Shown piece after piece: positions 17,276 to 22,226 of a DNA stretch of 22,226 bases. The stretch is from the IMG/VR virus record IMGVR_UViG_3300028024_000006, positions 72,238 to 94,463 of that record, one strand, 5' to 3'. Numbering within the stretch: position 1 is the first letter of the stretch; each line of letters begins with the position of its first letter. This DNA comes from a virus. The notes beneath the pieces are model-generated. The model did no database searches. It was not told the DNA's origin and saw only the letters and a list, made by a program, of their open reading frames with translations. The translations under genes and the position numbers were made by a program.

Positions 17276-17881
17276 TTATGCAACCGGGTCACTTACGCGG
17301 TTGCCGTCGCCCTGTTCAATGTGACCGTGACCATGAACGCTCGTACCTGCGGCCACGACGTCATCGCTGAATGCCGCGCCACCGCTAATCACCAGTGCCG
17401 GGCCGCCACCGCCGCCCGAGCCGTTCATGCCACCCTGGAACGTCAGCAGCTTCGCGACCGTGAGCGTTCCGTCGATCACCACGTCTTTGCTCATGCGCGT
17501 CATGTCCGCTTCCACGAAGGCAAGCGGCGTCTTCACATGCACCTGAGTGCCCGCGATGATTTCGAATACGTTGTCCGCGTTGAACTGAAAGTTTGCGTGC
17601 TCGAATCGCCGCCAATCCATCGCGTTTTCCTGCTGCTTCGGGCGATAGCCGACGATGACCGGATAGCGCGTGTCGCCACCTTCAAACGCGAGCCATACCC
17701 GGTCGCCGGGCTTGATGCGTATCTCGGTGTGCTCGCTCTTGTCGCCGAGCGGGTTAAGCACGCTTGCGTGCGGAAGCACCGTCGCGCCGTCGGTCAGGCC
17801 GGGAATGCGCACGCGGTACATGCGCGCGGCGCGGTCGTCATCGGTGACGGCATCTACAAAGGCAGGCATGAGGCCGATCAC
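17276..17881 (-). CDS. Baseplate spike protein (gpV/gp5 OB-fold family)
   Basis: YRVRIPGL...GDRVWLAFEGGDTRYPVIVG and apex motif HGHGHIEQGDG; GTGA overlap. Confidence 0.85.
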   Translation of the reverse strand: MIGLMPAFVDAVTDDDRAARMYRVRIPGLTDGATVLPHASVLNPLGDKSEHTEIRIKPGDRVWLAFEGGDTRYPVIVGYRPKQQENAMDWRRFEHANFQFNADNVFEIIAGTQVHVKTPLAFVEADMTRMSKDVVIDGTLTVAKLLTFQGGMNGSGGGGGPALVISGGAAFSDDVVAAGTSVHGHGHIEQGDGNRVSDPVA

Positions 17882-18756
17882 GAAAGCATCCCCAGCCATG
17901 TGCGCGTGTACTGGACCGATGCGCCACCATCCGAGCCGTTGTCCTGGTACTGCGCCACGGTCATGACTACCATCGGCGTGCCCTGCACATTCATGACGTC
18001 GCCCGCGCGGATGCCGGGGTTGACCTTGCCCGTCATCGCACGTCGGTTCACCAGCACGCGGCCCATGCTGTTCAGCGCGGCCTGCGACTTGCGAGGGGTA
18101 TAGGCGAGCTTCTGCGCGGCGTCCTTGCGGGGCGCGGAAACGATCTGGCCATCGGGCGATATCGAATAGAAGACCGGAACCTGATCGGCAATCAGGTGAG
18201 CACTGGATACCGCTTCCGAGCTATCGACAGTGATCGCAGTAATCGGGGTCTGCGCGAACAGGTCGCGAAAACTCATGGACTTCAGCGACCCGGTACGCCA
18301 CATGACTACGCCGCCCTGTTCCTGCAAGGCGCGCGCAATGGCGAAAGTCGGAATCTCACCGACGAAGCATGCGAAACTATCGAGAGCAAAATCGCCCTGA
18401 AAGGGCACGGTCGCGCCGCACGCGCGGTATGCGCCAGCGAGACTACCGTTCTCGAAAATTGCCGCACTCGTGCGCGGCAGCGCGAGGTTTTGCAGGCCGT
18501 CAGGGAACGCTACGATATGCGTGCCGGTGAAGGGTTCCTTGCCCTGTACGCCACCGTCGGCGTTGTGCATCGGCATGGACTTGACGATGCGCATAGCCGT
18601 CCTGTTGACCTGAATGACCGCCTGATCCTTGAACATTGCGGCGGTTTCCGTCGTCGTGCGGATGGTCGCTTCGAAGGTGAGCGGGATAGGTGCGAGGTCT
18701 GAACGCAACGTTGCGTTCAGAACCATGTCGCCCCTGATGCCGTCGATAACGATCAC
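17878..18756 (-). CDS. Baseplate hub-like protein
   Basis: Immediately upstream of the spike gene; GKVNPGIRAGDV hub-like C-terminal motif. Confidence 0.6.
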   Translation of the reverse strand: MIVIDGIRGDMVLNATLRSDLAPIPLTFEATIRTTTETAAMFKDQAVIQVNRTAMRIVKSMPMHNADGGVQGKEPFTGTHIVAFPDGLQNLALPRTSAAIFENGSLAGAYRACGATVPFQGDFALDSFACFVGEIPTFAIARALQEQGGVVMWRTGSLKSMSFRDLFAQTPITAITVDSSEAVSSAHLIADQVPVFYSISPDGQIVSAPRKDAAQKLAYTPRKSQAALNSMGRVLVNRRAMTGKVNPGIRAGDVMNVQGTPMVVMTVAQYQDNGSDGGASVQYTRTWLGMLS

Positions 18757-18998
18757 TTCGCGGTCCGCTCGTGTTCGCGACCATCGCGATACCAGTGGTA
18801 CGCGTGAGAATCGACGTTGCCGCCACAGTTAGCGCACAGATATTTCGTAGTCAGTTTCCCCGGCTCGACGGCTGAGAATTCGTGCGAGCGGCAGGCGTTC
18901 AGCTTGGCCTGGTTGGCCTTTACTTCCGCCCAAAGCGAAAGCATGTCGGCGCGCTTGATCCCGGTGAGGTTCGAAATCGTGTCTACGGAATCGGGCAT
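18753..18998 (-). CDS. Small Zn-ribbon-like hypothetical protein
   Basis: CRSH...CANCGG; start/stop overlaps on both sides. Confidence 0.65.
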   Translation of the reverse strand: MPDSVDTISNLTGIKRADMLSLWAEVKANQAKLNACRSHEFSAVEPGKLTTKYLCANCGGNVDSHAYHWYRDGREHERTAK

Positions 18999-19519
18999 TA
19001 AATCGTCTCCGACGGCTGAAAGAACGCAAGGCGCGGCATGTCGCCGTTCTCATAACGCTCGATATCGCCCTGCACTTCGCTCACCGTGCGCCCGTATGGG
19101 TCCACGCCTTGCATGCGCGAGGCTTCGAGGGCGCGTGCGTTCTCACGCTCGACATAGAGGGCATACAGCGGCTTGATAAGCGCCCACTCGGAGTCCGTGA
19201 TGGCCGTGTCGGGACTCAGTTCGGGAGGCGGGGTAGGCGTAGGGGGCGGGGCAGGCGTAGGCGCGGGCGTACCGGTGCCGTAGTCGAGCCCGGCGAAAAT
19301 CACGCCCGGCGCGTCCGACGGCCCAAGGTAGGGCAGGTTGCGCGGATTGAAGAGGGGGTCGGTCGGATTGTCGTAGGTCACCGCGCCGTCGATGGACGCA
19401 ATGCGGCCCCAGCCAAGGTAGTGCCGCGCAGCGGCCACTGCCTGGGCATCGAGGTCGCTTTCGTCCAGAATCAGACCGAACGACCACGCGACCGATTGCG
19501 CCAGTTGCGAGAGCGTCAT
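18998..19519 (-). CDS. Hypothetical virion morphogenesis protein with Pro-rich insert
   Basis: Tightly packed in the structural operon; PAPTPAPPPTPTPPP linker. Confidence 0.65.
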   Translation of the reverse strand: MTLSQLAQSVAWSFGLILDESDLDAQAVAAARHYLGWGRIASIDGAVTYDNPTDPLFNPRNLPYLGPSDAPGVIFAGLDYGTGTPAPTPAPPPTPTPPPELSPDTAITDSEWALIKPLYALYVERENARALEASRMQGVDPYGRTVSEVQGDIERYENGDMPRLAFFQPSETI

Positions 19520-19522
19520 CGC

Positions 19523-20026
19523 TTACCCGGCGAGCGACTTCACATTGCCAGCAACACGGTCGCCGGTGTAGTGATAGAACAGCGTGCCCGCGAGCAGCAG
19601 GACTTGCTGCTTGTCTTCCCAGTTGCGATCCGGGTTTTCGAAGTTGATGAAGCACGACGTAATGCGCCAGCCGCGCGTAAACTTTTCCATCGTGCCTTCG
19701 TACACGGTCGCATCGAACCGGCCACCGCGCGCCAGGATGTTCGTGAGCAGCGTTTCGACGTCGCCGTTGACCGTCTCGTAGAACTGGATCGAGCCTTGCT
19801 GATTGATCTTTGCCTGGCTGGGTTGCCACAAAACGGTGCCCATCGGTCCGGGGATTTCGATGCCTTCGCCAGCGGAAAGGATCGGTTGAGGAAACTGTTT
19901 CGTCAGCAGACGGTGATTCTCAAAACCGTCGATAACGAACATGGCGTCGCTCGAAATGGACTTGTCGCCGAACGTTGCCAGTTGATTGAGAGCCTGCGAA
20001 AGATACGCGTCGGTAGAAAGAGTCAT
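19523..20026 (-). CDS. Tail tube protein (P1 BplB-like)
   Basis: 167 aa; GDKSISSDAMFVIDGFEN...GPMG...GSIQFYETVNG resembles recalled BplB; first gene after the late-promoter motif. Confidence 0.7.
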   Translation of the reverse strand: MTLSTDAYLSQALNQLATFGDKSISSDAMFVIDGFENHRLLTKQFPQPILSAGEGIEIPGPMGTVLWQPSQAKINQQGSIQFYETVNGDVETLLTNILARGGRFDATVYEGTMEKFTRGWRITSCFINFENPDRNWEDKQQVLLLAGTLFYHYTGDRVAGNVKSLAG

Positions 20027-20060
20027 GTCGAGTCGCCTGAGAATGGGGTTAATGCCAAAG

Positions 20061-20108
20061 CATTCTCAGTGCGACTTTTCGGGCGGCCCGCTTGCGTTTT
20101 CCTAGCGC
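20061..20108 (-). promoter_or_regulatory. Putative late promoter (copy B)
   Basis: Same bipartite motif and spacing as 16720-16767; lies just downstream of a terminator. Confidence 0.75.
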
Positions 20109-20110
20109 CC

Positions 20111-20143
20111 AAAAATGAAAAAAGCCCGCTCAGTGGCGGGCTT
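20111..20143 (-). terminator. Rho-independent terminator
   Basis: Stem AAGCCCGC/GCGGGCTT (20122-20143) followed on the - strand by a T-rich tract. Confidence 0.85.
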
Positions 20144-20163
20144 GGTCGAGAGGTCGGAAAGGT

Positions 20164-20574
20164 TTACGGTTTTGCGGGAACCCGCGCGATCACGTAGTTG
20201 CTGCGCGAATCGATGTAGTCATCGAGCCCTCGCGGGTCATGGAAAAACCCCGCCTTCTCAGCGGCATCCGAGACACGCACCAGCATCGCGACCGGTTGCA
20301 GATAGGCTGGGATTGGTCTGTGCGCTTTTTGCAGAATCTGGTTGGCAGCGAGGTCGTAGGCCACGCAAAAATCGACCTTGCTGCTGTTGTCGGTATCCCG
20401 ATAGTTTGCCGGATAGCATGCGCTCGACGCATCGAGAAGCGCATCAACGCCGCCTTTCTTGTAGTCTTTCACCGCACTGCTGATGCCGTTGTCAAGGCTT
20501 GAATTGTCCCCGTACGCGGCGGGCGCAATCACAAGCAGCGCCACGATGAAGAGTGAAAATATGCCCGTTCTCAT
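20164..20574 (-). CDS. Secreted/periplasmic protein, moron-like
   Basis: Sec signal MRTGIFSLFIVALLVIAPAAYG; two Cys; upstream TATAAT at 20662-20667(-); downstream terminator. Confidence 0.7.
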   Translation of the reverse strand: MRTGIFSLFIVALLVIAPAAYGDNSSLDNGISSAVKDYKKGGVDALLDASSACYPANYRDTDNSSKVDFCVAYDLAANQILQKAHRPIPAYLQPVAMLVRVSDAAEKAGFFHDPRGLDDYIDSRSNYVIARVPAKP

Positions 20575-20691
20575 AATAGGTCCCGTTGGATTGATCGGCT
20601 TTGGTCTTTCGAGGGGCGTTCATGGCTATCCTGCCAGGTCGATTCACATTCTCCTAGCCGAATTATATGGACGTTGGCATGATGCCGCACA

Positions 20692-22107
20692 TTAGCCCGG
20701 CGCAATGCCCCCCGTTGCGATCTGCGCGAGACGCTGGTCTGAAAGGTCCTGCCCGACGGTCGTGTCTTTCGACACGCGCACGTCAATCGGCCCCGGCGTG
20801 TTCAATTGCTGCGGCATGTTCGCGGAGACCGTAGGTGGCGCGTCAGAGGGCGGCGGCGCGCTGGCGGTTGGCATCGGCGGGGCAGGCGGCGGAGCACTCG
20901 CAGCGGCAGTCATAGCCGGGGAAGCCAGCACAGGCGCAGCCGTCGTCATCGCCGGATTTGCGGCCCGGTAGGCGGAGAATTTTGCGGCGCGGTCGTCCAG
21001 TCCAATCGTTCCGCCGTTGATTTTCTTCGTTGCCCCGACAACATCGGCCGCCTTACCAGCATCGGACAGACCGTTTCGGCTATTCCAATACCATATCGCG
21101 ACCTTTGCCGAAACGGCCGGGTCTTTGAGCAAATCCGGGTTATTCACAAGGTCGATGCCGAGCGCTTTGCCCGCCGCCTCGTAATTATCCTTACCAGTCA
21201 GTTGCATGACGCCGCGCCCGCGATACTTGTAGCCGTCGCCGGAATCCGTGTTGCCCATGCGTCCGCCGTACACCCGGTTCGCGATGGCTTCGGGATTTCT
21301 GGCGTCTGCCTGCGCTGCGGCGTCTGTCTTGTAATACTTCGCGAAGGTCTTGCGCAATCCCGCCGCCGAATAGTTGAGATTCTCTTCGGTGTTGCGGAAG
21401 CCGCCGCTTTCATGATCCGTTTGCGCCAGAAACATCGCGCGCTCGTTCGGGTCGGTGATGGTCGCGGCCTGCGCCATGACAGCGGCCTTGACACCCTTCG
21501 AGCCGCCACCAAAGAGGCCCTTCCCATAGTCGAGTGCGTTCGAGGCCGCATTTGCAATTGGCGCGGCCATCTTTGTGACGCGCTCCTTCGCATAGTCCAC
21601 CGCCGCACCGCCGACTTCTCTAGCCTTGTCAATCGCGGGGCCAACGGTGTTCTGTACGGCTTCTACAGCGGGTTTTGCAGCGTCGGTGGCCTTTGCCGTG
21701 ATCGCATCAATATCGATGCCGAACTTGTCTTTCACGAACGCTTTCGCGCCGGTAATGATGGCGTTCCACGCATCGCCGACGGTCTTCGTGATTTCGGTGA
21801 GCTTGTCTGTGACGGTCTTCCATGTATCCTTTACCGTGGTGACGGTCGAGTCCCACGCATCGGTAATGGTCTTGCCCACGGTGGACCAATCGACCGTCGA
21901 GAGCCATGCGCCGACCAGCTCACCTACCTTGTCGCCAATGACGCCGCCGATCATCGCACCGACGGGACCAAGGAACATACCAAGCCCGCCGCCAATCAGC
22001 GCGCCGATGCCAGACCCCGCGCCAGTGAACTTGTCAGTACGGTTTTGATCCGCGCTCTTGTTCGGGTCATCGCCACCAAAAATAGACGCTAGGGCAGAGC
22101 CACCTCG
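20692..22107 (-). pseudogene. 3' part of a tape measure-like protein with GH19 domain, 5'-truncated in this window
   Basis: Gly-zipper and W-periodic repeats, then FLAQTDHESGG...YRGRGVMQLTGKDNY. The frame stays open and protein-like upstream of the listed ATG until TGA at 22108-22110, with no start codon in that upstream stretch. Confidence 0.7.
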
Positions 22108-22226
22108 TCATACAGAAGTCCGCTGAGCCTTATGGGACGGGGCTGACAAGGGGGTTGTAAACGTTCGAGAAAGCGCGTTTACTCTCGCTATTTGGGCGAT
22201 GGCAGATGGCGCGGAAGACGGGCTGG
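22103..22226. mobile_element. Possible end of an inserted element (IS-like) interrupting the tape measure gene
   Basis: Abrupt switch to non-coding-like sequence beginning CCTCGTCATACAGAAG, containing motif copy 3 (22120-22144, -) and a promoter-like TTGTAA-N17-TTTACT (22155-22183). No transposase is visible in the window. Confidence 0.4.

Noticed and set aside
12701-18103. Long + strand ORFs (552, 472 and 414 aa)
   Set aside because: They are antisense shadows of the sheath, capsid and spike genes, expected from high-GC codon bias.
19225-19270. GGCGTAGG-type short repeats
   Set aside because: They simply encode the Pro/Thr-rich linker.
20647-20660. CATTCTCCTAGC resembling fused late-promoter boxes
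   Set aside because: It lacks the spacer and most of the upstream box; likely chance.
20806-22092. 428-aa + strand ORF
   Set aside because: It is the antisense shadow of the tape measure gene.
1-22226. tRNA/rRNA genes, integrase, loxP/dif site, telomere palindrome, reverse transcriptase
   Set aside because: None were recognisable by eye in this window.

Overview
A 22-kb segment of a GC-rich, P1-like phage-plasmid; a betaproteobacterial (Burkholderiaceae-like) host is inferred, not shown. The left part (+ strand, 1-6965) carries an RdgC-FtsK-gamma fusion, an orphan ParB-like protein and small ORFs. A ~600-bp AT-rich non-coding region with a strict 5-bp sequence lattice (candidate centromere) follows. 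Next come a parA operon with TWO paralogous ribbon-helix-helix-like adaptor genes and an iteron origin (7 clear 17-bp iterons, IHF site, inverted operator) upstream of a Rep_3-type initiator. The right part (- strand, 6985-22107) is a myovirus late region. In transcription order it holds: a 5'-truncated tape measure protein with a GH19 domain, a secreted moron-like protein, tail tube, baseplate hub and spike, an Hdf/DarA_N-like protein, major capsid, sheath, P1 gp21- and PmgG-like proteins, a tail chaperone with a +1-frame partner ORF, and a lysis cassette (two membrane proteins, GH19 endolysin, HNH-like protein, lipoprotein, DUF1353-like protein). The best candidate novelty is the partition system: ParA plus two paralogous RHH proteins plus an indel-free 5-bp-phased centromere, with a satellite copy upstream of rdgC. 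Also notable are a 25-bp motif AGCC-N7-ATAAGGC-N3-GCGG found three times at functional boundaries and a bipartite late-promoter motif. Family assignments come from recalled motifs and synteny; no database search was run.
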